Shown here: positions 32,301 to 43,543 of the stretch, one piece after another | How positions within the stretch are numbered: the stretch's first letter is position 1 | How the letters are laid out: each line of letters opens with the position of its first letter | Source of the DNA: Macrostomum hystrix | Lineage: Eukaryota > Animalia > Platyhelminthes | Direction: 5' to 3' | Assembly (NCBI GenBank): GCA_950097015.1 | Contig: CATNEN010000007.1 | Span: forward strand, 930,001 to 994,000 | DNA length: 64,000 nt | Translations under genes and position numbers: made by a program | The notes under the pieces: generated by a model | What the model was told of the DNA's origin: nothing | The model's input: only the letters and a program-made list of their open reading frames with translations | Database searches by the model: none

Positions 32301-34631
32301 CCGCTGCGCCTTTCGTCTCGTCCCTCCCATCGGGTTCCAGCAGCACCAGGGCACTCAGGTACAGCCGGTCCGGCTTCGGCCAGCGAGTCAGCTTCCCAGA
32401 GGCGCCCGCACCAGCGAACGAGGCGAATAGCCGACGGAGACCGCCGGCGGAACGATGAGGATGGGACTTGTGCGCTTCTGGAGTGGGCGAAATCATGGCC
32501 TGAAACCCTTGGAAATCATGGCCTGAAACCCTCGGAGATCATGGCCTGAAACCCTTGGATATCATGGCCTGAGACCCTTGGAGATCATGGCCTGAAACCC
32601 TCGGAGATCATGGCCTGAAACCCTTGGAGATTATGGCCTGAAACCCTTGGAGATCATGGCCTGAAACCCTTGGATATCATGGCCTGAAACCCTTGGAGAT
32701 CATGGCCTGAAACCCTCGGAGATCATGGCCTGAAACCCTTGGAGATCATGGCCTGAAACCCTTGGAGATCATGGCCTGAAACCCTTTGAGATCATGGCCT
32801 GAAACCCTTGGAGATCATGGCCTAAAACCCTTTATTGGAGATCATGGCCTAGCTGAAACCCGCGGAGATCATGGCCTGAAACCCGTGGAGATCATGGCCT
32901 GAAACCCTCGGAGATCATGGCCTGAAACCCTTAATTGGAGATCATGGCCTGAAACCCTTAATTGGAGATCATGGCCTGAAACCCTCGGAGATCATGGCCT
33001 GAAACCCTTGGAGATCATGGCCTGAAACCTTTGGAGATCATGGCCTGAAACCTTTGGAGATCATGGCCTGAAACCCTCGGAGATCATGGCCTGAAACCCT
33101 CGGAGATCATGGCCTGAAACCCTTAATTGGAGATCATGGCCTGAAACCCTTGGAGATCATGGCCTGAAACCCTTGGAGATCATGGCCTGAAACCCTTTGA
33201 GATCATGGCCTGAAACCCTTTGAGATCATGGCCTGAAACCCTTGGAGATCATGGCCTGAAACCCGCGGAAATCATGGCCTGAAACCCTTGGAGATCATGG
33301 CCTAAAACCCTTAATTGGAGATCATGGCCTAGCTGAAACCCGCGGAGATCATGGCCTGAAACCCGTGGAGATCATGGCCTGACACCCTTGGAGATCATGG
33401 CCTGAAACCCTTGGAGATCATGGCCGGAAAACTTAGGCAGGTGAAAGCAGTTACCTTCGCGTCCATCCTGGGGCCCTCGCTCCGCCAGCCAGTTGCTGAT
33501 TTCCTCGGCCAGCGCGGATCTCAGCTGAGCAACCTGGCTCAGAGTCGGCTGTGCCGCTGGCGGGACTGAATCATTCGAGACCGCCTGCCACCAGGCCGAT
33601 GGCACGACGTCGGCCTCCAGCGCCGGAGTGGCGAATTCGCTCCAGCCGGCCAAGCCGAGGGCGGCCGCGCGCACCGACACCGGCTGGCCGGGCTGCAGTC
33701 CGGCGATGGTCAAGGCGATCGGCGACCTCGCCGGAAGCTCCCGGCAGCTCCAGTCGAGGCCGGCCTGACGCCATTCGATTCGGAACAGAGCAGCCGATGT
33801 CGATTCTGCCGCAGTCGCCGCTTCCAGCGTCACTCGAACGGCATCGATGTCGATGACTTCAACGCGAACAGAGTTTGGCGGCTGCGGACGCTGCAGCAGT
33901 CGCAGGCATTCAAGGAGGCTGGCTGCCGGCTCGCTGCCGTCGTCGGCAAGCCGGGCCAGATGCCGCTCCATGCCGTCCAGCAGGCGCGGATGGCTGCCAG
34001 CATCCATGTCGTTGGACGCGGCTTGAAGTGCGGCTGCGGCGGACCGCTGGTCCAGCAGCATGGCCAGATCCAGCGGCTGCAGCTGCAGCTCGTTGGTGCA
34101 GCCGACGAGGTGCGGTCGGCGTGACAGAATCTCGCTTATTGTCAGGGCATCGTCATCTTCGACAGCTTCGAAAAGGCTGCGGGCGTCCTGCTGCAGCGAC
34201 GTGGCAGCACCCGAATCCGGTTTGTCGCCGTTTCCGACGCCGCCTGCGCCGGCCGAACGACGGAACTGGCGAACCCGACCGCGTCCACCGCTGCCGGTGC
34301 TGCCGCTGCCGGCGACGCTTCCGGATGCACTGCCCGCAGCTTTAAGGACCCCGCTGGCTCCAGCGAGATCGCCAGCGTTGACACGATCGGTGGTCAGTGG
34401 CTTCGAAAGCATCTCGTTGAAATGGTTGGCGGCGGCGGTCATGCCGTCGAGCTGCAAGAGCTCCCAGCTGCTGGGGTACCAGGGCGGCTGGCGAACCTGC
34501 TGGCACTCGCCTCTGCGCGAGGCCGATGCGGACCTTGGCTGGCGGAGCGGCCTGTGCTGCTGCTGCTGCGGCTGCGTTCTCTGCTGCCTTTGTCGGCTGT
34601 CACTGGAGACAAGCCTTGGGGTCTGGCGCAT
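29354..34631 (-). CDS. ANKFN1: Ankyrin repeat and fibronectin type III domain protein with a probable C-terminal Ras-association domain (wide awake/banderuola/ANKFN1 family)
   Basis: Minus-strand exons 34631-33455, 32477-32296, 31659-31184, 30714-30111 and 29875-29354, phases 1, 0, 2, 0 compatible. Ankyrin (LFEAVEDDD...QPLDLAMLL) then FN3 (PQPPNSVRVEV...VSVRAAALGLAGWSEF) then PSAWW, followed by family motifs RLYLSAL/VLLTRDEALP/WLARL, PGLYLSSLRL..LPSVRLRQNAHVSADE and RWAADAIAEAR, and an RA-like SLRVKFG...TRARDVCRLAV. Additional upstream exons are possible. Confidence 0.8.
30737..31168. repeat. Two adjacent TGTACAC-core minisatellites (23-bp CTCTCAGTCACTGTGTACACAGG; 25-bp GTGTACATTAAACTGTGTACACTGG) filling an ANKFN1 intron
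   Basis: They occupy nearly all of intron 30715-31183. Confidence 0.92.
31745..32180. repeat. 24-bp minisatellite GATTCTATCTACGATTCCTGCTGC, ANKFN1 intron
   Basis: It gives the DRIAAGIV repeat at the N-terminus of ORF 31180-32160. Confidence 0.9.
32490..33430. repeat. 23-bp minisatellite GATCATGGCCTGAAACCCTTGGA (~40 copies), ANKFN1 intron
   Basis: It fills ~95% of intron 32478-33454. Confidence 0.95.
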
Positions 34632-34726
34632 CGCGCTGAGCAATGCCCGGCCGGGTTTCTATGCGATTCGTTTTGCAGCCCTCATGCAAGATATTCAGGC
34701 CTAAAATGTCAATTCATCACTGACAA

Positions 34727-35490
34727 GTTTGAGCACAGTCGGGCGATGAAGGAGTCTGGATGGATTGCTAATCTATTTGAGCACAGTCGGCCGATGAAGG
34801 AGTCCGGATGGATTGCTAGTCTATTTGAGCACAGTCGGGCGATGAAGGAGTCTGGATGGATTGCTAATCTATTTGAGCACAGTCGGCCGATGAAGGAGTC
34901 TGGATGGATTGCTAGTCTATTTGAGCACAGTCGGCCGATGAAGGAGTCTGGATGGATTGCTAGTCTATTTGAGCACAGTCGGCCGATGAAGGAGTCTGGA
35001 TGGATTGCTAGTCTATTTGAGCACAGTCGGGCGATGAAGGAGTCTGGATGGATTGCTAATCTATTTGAGCACAGTCGGCCGATGAAGGAGTCTGGATGGA
35101 TTGCTAGTCTATTTGAGCACAGTCGGCCGATGAAGGAGTCTGGATGGATTGCTAGTCTATTTGAGCACAGTCGGCCGATGAAGGAGTCTGGATGGATTGC
35201 TAGTCTATTTGAGCACAGTCGGGCGATGAAGGAGTCTGGATGGATTGCTAATCTATTTGAGCACAGTCGGCCGATGAAGGAGTCTGGATGGATTGCTAAT
35301 CTATTTGAGCACAGTCGGCCGATGAAGGAGTCCGGATGGATTGCTAGTCTATTTGAGCACAGTCGGCCGATGAAGGAGTCTAGATGGATTGCTAATCTAT
35401 TTGAGCACAGTCGGGTGATGAAGGAGTCTAGATGGATTGCTAATCCATTTTAGCACAGTCGGGCGATAAAGGAGTCTGGATGGATTGCTA
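34727..35490. repeat. 48-bp minisatellite (~16 copies)
   Basis: Unit TTTGAGCACAGTCGGCCGATGAAGGAGTCTGGATGGATTGCTAGTCTA, upstream of the ANKFN1 ATG. Confidence 0.95.
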
Positions 35491-36130
35491 GTATTTTGGG
35501 TACAATCAGGTGATGATGCAAAAGTCAGGATTTTTTTGCTTTCCTATATGAGCACAGTGAGACTTGTATTACTTACCTTCTTATGGATTACCTACAAGCA
35601 GCAATGCAAAACAAGTGAATATACGGCCAGCATCAGGGTCTTAAACTAATTGATGCAGTAAGCTGTCTTTCAAACTTTCTGTATTAACACTTTTGTCGCA
35701 GCTTTCAGTAAGCAAAGCAAAAGGTAAAACAACACACACAGACTCACGCACTCATCACTTTTAAGATAAAAGATAAAAGGCATTTTACACACTGCCAAAC
35801 TGGGATTGACGCCACCCACACACTAATTTTTCATCCACTGTACGCTGGAACAATGTCCGAGGGGGGCATTGTACAGTGTGCGGCCCGAACTCGTAGACTC
35901 GGGTGAGCAAATTGTGCTCAAACCCAGCAGTTAGCAAGCTGTCAGCTCTTTAAGTGGCTGTGAGCTAGTCTGAGTACAATATATACTAACAATATATACT
36001 ACTGATGATGCAATATATACTACTGATCTGCTACAGAATCCAGTAAATATACTGCCACGTATATTTCAGTTTAAATATATCGTATTTAAATAAAATTATA
36101 CTCGCTTATGCCATATAATTTCGTCCACAA

Positions 36131-37063
36131 TATAAAGTGCATTCAAAAAGTTCTTTTCGGTGCTCAGCAAAAATTAACAAAAAACCTATGGAACAATGAA
36201 AACATGATTAGGTCATTCAATGTCATTCGGTCACTCAACATATTCACCGCCAATGTCCTTGCACTTCTGCCAGCGATGCACCAGACCTCTGATTCCAGTA
36301 CCCACGCCTCTCGCGTCCGTTTCACGCACCGCACCTTGGCAAGCAGCTTTGATGTGCTCGACGCTGTCGAATCGAATGCCCCGAAGGTGCTTCTTCACAG
36401 ATGGGAATAGGAAGAAGTCACAGGGTGACAAATCGGGCGAGTAGGGCGGACGAAAGAAAATTCTCTCCTTCTCGCTGGAAACGGCGCAGGTGGTTGGTGG
36501 CGGCCAGAGCACGTTGCATCTTCTGCTCACCTGTCAGCAGGTGTGGCACCCACTTGCTGAATTTCTTCTGCAGGTTGAGACGCTCTGTCAGAATGGTGTG
36601 CACACTGCCAACTGACACTCCGACATCTTGACAGCTCTTCGCAAGTCAGTCGCCGATCATCATCCAGGAGCTCCTGCACTTTCTTCACCACGGTCTCAGT
36701 GGCAGTCATCGGTCTTCCAGAGCGGTCGTTGTCCTCGACGCTCTCTCTGCCTTCAGCGAACAACCGGAACCACTTTCGAACAGTCTGTTCAGTTGGTGCA
36801 CTGTCACCAAACACTTGCTGAAGCTCTCTAAACATCTCCGGAGGTTTCTCCTTGCAGGAATTGGAAATCTTCATCAAGCTCCGAAAGTCTTGCTTTGAAA
36901 AAGATTCTGCCATGGCCAAGAAATAGAAGGGTAGCTTAAAAAACTGCCTGTAGCTTTCAATTTAGTTGCTTCATATTTAAAAGCGCACCTGGCTTATACA
37001 CAAATGTTGAAATTTTTATTTTTTTTTCAGAATCAAACTGCATCTGAGTTTGAAATCATTGTA
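36131..37063 (-). mobile_element. Mariner (Tc1/mariner) element, internally deleted and frameshifted
   Basis: The N-terminal HTH region (PTEQTVRKWFRLFAEGRESVEDNDRSGRP), WVPHLLT and C-terminal PPYSPDLSPCDFFLFP..LRGIRF..RWQKC..GGEYVE are present. The GDE.W/HDN catalytic core is absent: the sequence jumps from ENFL to PPYSP at ~36455. There is a 1-nt deletion near 36628. The TIRs are only weakly recognisable, so the ends are approximate. Confidence 0.85.
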
Positions 37064-37311
37064 CTTCAAGATGTACGGAAACTACAGAATAGAATATAAA
37101 GTACACACAATGAGAGTTTGCAAACGATCAAGATAAGGGCTTTAAAAGGCTTTCAAAAATGCACACGGAACATGCAAGAAAATAAAAATCAAAAGCAGTT
37201 GCAAATCCAAAAAGGTGTGGCAAATTCAGGTCAACCCTCTCTGACTCACAACCACACGGAATAGTAGGTCGATACCTGACCTAAACGACACTAAAAAGCA
37301 AAGTGAAGAGT

Positions 37312-37587
37312 TTATTTTGCAGCCGCGTGTGAGTCGGCCTCCCAAAGCTGTATATTCTTTGCTTTAATAGCCTTCAAGACGCACTGCTGGTAGGTGTTGA
37401 ACAGCGAGTCGCACTCGTTTGTCCGGTGACCGCTGAGAAATTTAGGAAAGAAATCTTTAAAACAGGCGTCATACTGCTCTTTGAGCTGGTCGCACTCAGG
37501 ACTGATGCTGGGCACGCTAGTCATCTCCTGGGGCAGGGTTGGGTCAGGCTGCTCCACCTTGCCTGCCGTGGCTTTGTCTGCTGGCAT
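37312..37587 (-). CDS. TRIAP1: TRIAP1/Mdm35 mitochondrial intermembrane-space twin CX9C protein
   Basis: SISPECDQLKEQYDACFKDFFPKFLSG...ECDSLFNTYQQCVLKAIKAKNI matches the family pattern (C-x9-C, KFL.G, C-x9-C, YQQCV.KAI). Single exon; start at 37587 or 37524. Confidence 0.88.
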   Translation of the reverse strand: MPADKATAGKVEQPDPTLPQEMTSVPSISPECDQLKEQYDACFKDFFPKFLSGHRTNECDSLFNTYQQCVLKAIKAKNIQLWEADSHAAAK

Positions 37588-37676
37588 GTCAAATAAGGTC
37601 ACTACTGAAAGCAGTTTAATCGATAATGTCATTTAAAAGCTTTAAAAATTGAAACAAAACAGTCGCCATCCCTACT

Positions 37677-37950
37677 AAGGCACAGTGAGAGTGTGCACTG
37701 TCTGACAATGGGTGCGTTTGAGCGACTAGAGTTTGTTAAAACGGCATTTTAGTTAAAACGATGAGAGAAAATCATTTTAAACAAAGATCAAAGTATAACA
37801 AATTTAATTTTGCCGCGCTTTATTCATTAGCTAATTAAATAAAATAAGAATGATGCATGAAAAAAAATAATTTTCTTGCATTATGTTTTTTCAAATTTAA
37901 TTAGCTCATTAGTGTCAGTGCAGATGTACACTCCTGTGTGCAGAATTGCC
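37677..37950 (+). mobile_element. Split fragment of the same SINE core, opposite orientation, with ~200 bp of AT-rich sequence in the hairpin loop
   Basis: AAGGCACAGTGAGAGTGTGCACTGTCTGAC (37677) and GTCAGTGCAGATGTACAC..AGAATTGCC (37914) match the two hairpin arms of copies 1-3. Confidence 0.55.
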
Positions 37951-38076
37951 ATCTTCATTTATTGAAACAATTTCAGTCTTACTAATAAATTAAATGACTC
38001 GACAATTTTACAAGAAACAAATTACAATGAGGTTAATTTCTTATTGAATTAGCGCAGACAGCACTGCGAGTAACAG

Positions 38077-40166
38077 TCAGCAGTCCTCCTCCTGTCGCAC
38101 AGGTATTCGACAGTTAAGCAGCGGTTCAACATCAGCCGAGGACGCCTCCTTGTGCATGGTGGCCAGGTGTTTTTTAAGGTGGCACTTCTGCTTGAAGCAG
38201 AGTCTCAGAGGGCACAGCGGACAGAGCAGGAGGTATTTCGGGTGAACATTCTTGCGGTGCTGCAGGCATTGGTAGCGGCTGCTGAACACCTTGTCGCAGT
38301 GAACGCAGGTGAGCTTATCAATACTGGTGGAGGTGTTATTGTGCTTAGTTGACAGGTGCTGCGATAGTCCAGATTGGCTTCTGAAACTCTTGTTGCACAG
38401 GTGGCAGGCAGTTGCGGCCGAGCGAGTTGTTGAAGTGGTGGAGCCCGAAGCCGACGATGCGGAGAAGGTTGACGGCAGGACTGGAGGCTCGCAATCCTCC
38501 AGATCCGGGTGAGCGCTGAGCATGTGATTGTGCAACAGCCGGGAGGATCTGGCGGGAGGGGACGTTCAGATTCCGATATCACTTACTACAATAACAATCT
38601 TTATATGAATAATATTTGCAGGAGAGCTGCCGCATCATTTGGTGGCACTGGACACACAGACAGTGAGAAGGCGATTCTGCCCATTTCGCTGACTCCTGAA
38701 CACAAACGCACACAGGTGTGTACGTCTTCGGGGTTTGGGGTTCGGGGGTAGGTTTCCGGCTCGGGTTTTGGCACTGGGTTCGAGGTTTCCGGTTTTTTTT
38801 ACTTTATTAGTTTTACTTTCTTATTGCCCTATTACGAGATTAAAAATCTCTCGAAATCGCGCCAATTCAATTTTTTCTCGCGAACTAAACTGGGTGGACA
38901 TTGATTCTCTGCTGCTGAGGGGACATTGGTTCTCTGCTGCTGAGGTGACATTGGTTCTCTGCTGCTGAGGGGACATTGGTTCTCTGCTGCTGAGGGGACA
39001 TGTTGGGGCTCTTGTTGTACAGACCGAATGTCTCAGAATGTATTAGAGCTCAAACTAACTATTTTGTATTTAGTGAGAATTCAAATTCTAGTTGAATCGA
39101 AATCGCGTATATTCGCAATCAGAGAAAATTCATCCTGAATATCGTTCAAGTGAATATTGGGGAAATATTCAGGGTCGGGTCGGGTTCCAGGTTCGCAAAA
39201 ATGGAAACCCGAACACCCCTAGTACGTCTGCCCTGACTTTCTCATCCTCAGGCAGTGTACACTCTCACTGCGCCTCGTGAGGTTGGCCCCTCAAGGGCGT
39301 AAATTGCGCGACAAGCCCCCAAGTCTTCTCTCTCGACGGCTTCGCGACAAACGAATGTGGCCTCCCGCGGAATCGAGCTCAGGGACCTTGGTGCGAGAGG
39401 CAAACGCGCTAGATCGCTCGGCCAAGCACTCCCCAATGTCACTTTATTATTATCTTCTTTACTACTCTTTATTATTTTCGAATTTTTTCAGAAAAAAGTC
39501 TTTCAGATCCGTTCCAGATCCTTCAGATCCGTTCCAGATCCTTCAGATCCGTTCCAGATCCTTCAGATCCGTTCCAGATCTTTCAGATCCTACTCGTGGA
39601 ACTCACGAATAAGCCCGGCTGCAGTGCTCGCAGACGTGGATCGCTCTAGACGAATTGACAACCACAGCAGTTGAAGCCGCCAACGCCATCGGAGCAGACG
39701 ACGAGACGGCCGTAAAGGAAACAGCAGCCGCCGATGACTCATCGTGTTGAACTAGCTGATGCTGCAACAGTTGCCATTTCCTTTGAGCAGTGTGGCCGCA
39801 CAGGCCGCAGACTAACAGCTCTAAATGGCTGGCCAGGTGGGCGGCCATTTCCGAACCAGTCGAGTCGTCGTCAGACTCGACCACCTGGCCGCAGATTGGG
39901 CAGGCGCCTCTTAACTGCTGCTGCTGCTGAGCTTGGCTCTGATGAGGCTCAGTGGGAAGCTGGGACACACTGACAGTCGAATCGGCGAATCGAACCTCGG
40001 TCGTATCGCCCAGCCTGAGCTGCTCCTCGGATCTGGGCTCAATGGACAGCACGGCACGACGCCATTTTGGTCTTTGTCGTCGGCGTAAAAGTACAACGCT
40101 AGGCAGGCTGCGATTGGACAGGCCGCGAGCGATGCCTTCGGTGACGGCCGCATCGAGGCTGTCCAT
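38077..40166 (-). CDS. C2H2 zinc-finger protein (~6 fingers)
   Basis: Exons 40166(or further upstream)-39607 and 38548-38077. The phase-2 splice reconstitutes a perfect finger, CEHCSRAYS|SSRLLHNHMLSAH (CX2CX12HX4H). Other fingers: CPIC..H..H, CGLC, CHLC, CVHC, CPLC. The frame is open upstream to ~40250, so the start is uncertain. Confidence 0.8.
38619..39434 (-). mobile_element. tRNA-derived SINE, copy 3 (interrupted by a MITE), in the zinc-finger gene intron
   Basis: Segments 38619-38727 and 39222-39434 rejoin into one SINE collinear with copies 1 and 2. Confidence 0.78.
38728..39221. mobile_element. 494-bp hAT-type MITE nested in SINE copy 3
   Basis: 8-bp TSD GTACGTCT at 38720-38727 and 39222-39229. 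Termini TCGGGG.../...CCCCTA with GTTCGGG..TTTCC subterminal motifs. Internal 25-bp tandem repeat GGACATTGGTTCTCTGCTGCTGAGG x4 (38896-38999). An 8-bp TSD is typical of hAT elements. Confidence 0.75.
39503..39590. repeat. 20-bp minisatellite CAGATCCGTTCCAGATCCTT
   Basis: About 4 copies next to the zinc-finger gene splice donor at 39606. Confidence 0.85.
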
Positions 40167-42248
40167 GGACACTTTCGGTATGTCGTCATAGAAATAGACG
40201 AACTTGTTTAACTGCCTGCCGATGAATACGCGACCGACAGCCTTGCAATGTCATGTTGAGTCAGAGTTTGGGTCAGTTTTCACATGATTTATAACTCAAA
40301 TCAGTTTGTGAGTTACCATTCAATTGACTTGCAACTGAATGGATTGATTGGCAGCTTGACTATGTAAAACCTATGTAAAATACATGCTAGACAATTCTAA
40401 GTATAAGACATATGATTATCTTACAGCATAAAATAATTTTTCCTACTTATTCAAAGAAAGAATTTTTTTGATTCATTAATCAATTGCTTTACTTGAAGTT
40501 TAAGATAACAGATTTTTTAAATCAACAGAAAGGACATGATATAGCTAGCCCAAGTAATGATTGTTGCCCAAAAATATAAAAACTTCTATTTTATTCAATA
40601 TATAGATAATAGATTGAAAATACACCTACAACAATGGACTACATCACTTAAGGTCAAGTTAGGGCAAAATATCATTTTGGTAAAGATCAATGTGATATTG
40701 TATTGAGTAAGCAAAATTTAAACCCAGAAATTAGAGAATGAAGAGCATTGAGTCAGAATGTTAACTTTTTTGTAAATTATATTATTTTAACTTACTCTCT
40801 TTTGAAGAAGTAGAAAAAACTTGCCAACTAGATTTCTCTCTATATTTTATTTTGTTTTTATAAGGAAAGTTACTGAAAATGTGCTAATTATAGATACTAT
40901 AAACACTAATATTACTGAGCTTATCAAAATACATTATGTTATAGAAAATTTGGAATATGTGACAGGGCTTATCACTCTATCTTTCTTTCTATTAGTAGCA
41001 TATGAGTATAATTTGGCATGGCATGAGTAGTCTCTCTCTAAGGCTCTTTGAACACCAGTCTTGGCATTTTCTGTGGATCAGAGGGTCAGCCTCAAATCCC
41101 TATTGGAATAAGTTTTCAGACACTGTGGACAGTGCATTTAGTGCGCCATGGCAATCATAAAGTGGCCTGGACGGTGCGTCATGACAATCTTCAAATCCTA
41201 AGGTGGTATGGACGATGTGTCATTCAAATCTTCAAATCCTAGGGTGCCATAGCACTCTAGGTTTAGGTGATATTGTGCATGACTCCAGTCTCTATCATGT
41301 TTATTCTGATGATGCATCACTCGTTTTTGAGAGATTTAAAGAGATTGAGAGAAAGTTGTGTGTTTTACCGCACTTGTGTTTTACTGCACTCTGTTCTGTA
41401 CTGTACTTCTGCCCCCTTCTGTTGTAGTTGTATCTATTTCTTAATTCTTAGTCTACTCGTCTTTTGACTTACAAAGTTACATTGTTGGTCTATTCAAAGA
41501 AAAATAAATAATGTAAATAGTGTGGCAATTGCATCAGTGAGTACTTAAAATAATTACGAACACTTAAACCCTTTACTTCAATTTGGCTAATCGCTATTAC
41601 TAAACACAAAATATTATATCAGTATGTACTACGTACAGTGTGCTTGAGTAACTGCTTAAGACATTCTCTGGACATAAGCAGTTGTACATGAGATGGATTC
41701 ATCGTATGTGCACGTGCAATAGGAGTAAAATAGTGGGGGTAAATGTACGTGCAACTGCTTAAGGCAGAGGCGCAGTATATATAATTCAATATTTGGGGTG
41801 CATGCATGGCTGTCGCTGTCTGACAGACGCAAGCTTAAGACACAGACGTATGCTTACATAACACTACAGTACTGGAGTTGTAAGTAACATCGGTACATGG
41901 GCAATACAGCAACCACAGGGCATCAGCAAAAGATTCAGCATGACAGCATCAGGATCATAAGGGAGACTATGTTACTTGAAGACAGTCTTGAGTTGAAGGA
42001 TATTTAATAGTAATAACTTGTGTCTAGTCTATATGATAATATGAATGTAGAGATGGATTGAAACTGGTTTTTCAATCTAGTTGGTCTCTTTAATAGTCCT
42101 AAATCCTCATGCTTCCTATGTGGCATCTCTATACTTCTCTTTCTCCAGACATACGAAACTCTTCATCCCTAGACATGAGACATAATGAATGAATGAATGA
42201 AATGAAAAAAATAGAAGTTTGTCTATAGCCTTAGCCTTTGCAACTCTA

Positions 42249-43543
42249 CTACTTCAGCAAGAGTCGCCCAGTCTCCGACTTCTTGCGCATTAGCACAGGC
42301 AGTTTTGCCTTCCGCTTCATTCCCCGTTGGCGGTAAACATTGTGCTGCCGCAGCCATAGACGGGCTATTTTCTTTACTGTTACAGGCATTGACGACACGC
42401 TAGGCGGAATGTGCCAGGAAAGCCTCGTTCTGAGCTCTAATGTCTCATCCGCCTGAAGTGCGCCCTGCATTCGCTGCCGATCCATGCTGGTGTACAGGCT
42501 TTCGACAATGGCTTCGGGGCAGCCTTTTGCCAAAGCCCAGTCGAGCAAGGCGCAGAGAGCGTTGCCGAACATGCCATACAGCCTACGATCGCTGTACATT
42601 GCAGCAAGAAAGTTTTTCTCGCAAGGAAATATGGTGAGCGGACCAGTTCCCGCGTCAATGGAGAACTTTCCCTGCTCGCTTGCATGACTGTTCATGGACA
42701 GCAGTCGGCCCTCGGGGCAATCGGCGCCAAAAATTATTCGGCGACAGTGCAAGGAGTCTGCGTCGGCACCCCAAACAATGCTACGAATCGTGCCACGCCA
42801 GACAGCATGCAATTCGTTGCTAGTCAAATCGCCAAACAGTTTCTCTAGAGACGGACGCGTTCTCGCAGCTTCAAAGGCCAAATGAAACGCCTGCTGACCA
42901 TGTAGAACGAAGGCATGTTCATGTCGCAGAAGGACTTGATAATTTGCACTGGTTTTGCGTACACGGCCACAAAGAGCGCCAATATAGCCCGTTATGTTAA
43001 AAGCTGTGTTCAACAGGTTTATTGGTCTCGACACAGCGACGGAGCTTCGCCGGCTTAAAGCGCTGATCAGCATGGTGACAAAACTGCGAGCCGAAGCCAC
43101 CGCCGTTTGCAACGTCATCTCAGCAGCCGCACCCTCATCCTGCTGGTCCAAGTCATGGGGTTTGTCTTCGTCATCTTCGGCTTCCTCATCGGCAACTTTT
43201 GCCAGCTCTGTTAGCGTGAAGGGGAACGAAGCCGATGGGCTAAGCGAAACCTCGCGGAAAAGCCCTTTCTCAATGTCGTCCCATCTTGCTGACAGAAGTG
43301 GCAGACAGCCGGCAGACTCACAGTTTTACTTACAGTTTGCTGAATTTCCACCGTGCTGCTGACTTTCTCCTGTGCATGCTTCTCATCCTTGTTCAGCAGC
43401 GCTGTATGTAGCGCGTGATGTCCTCCTTGCATCTTACCTGTGAGCTGCTGTGCGTCATGGCGCATGGTGCGCGTAGCGCGCCATGCGCCATGACTATGAG
43501 GAAAAAGAAAAAGTGCGCCGGACGCCATCCGCGAAAATACCAC
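42249..43543 (-). mobile_element. Probable degenerate hAT-like DDE transposase (C-terminal part), frameshifted
   Basis: The 300-aa ORF is open upstream to ~43325 (adding LPLLSARWDD, RW-like) and ends with ALAKGCPEAIVESLYTSMDRQR..TLELRTRLSW, resembling the hAT C-terminal S.A..ER.FS motif. A second frame (43211-43543) supplies an upstream part. The segment is GC-rich in AT-rich flanks. No TIR or TSD was located. Confidence 0.45.
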
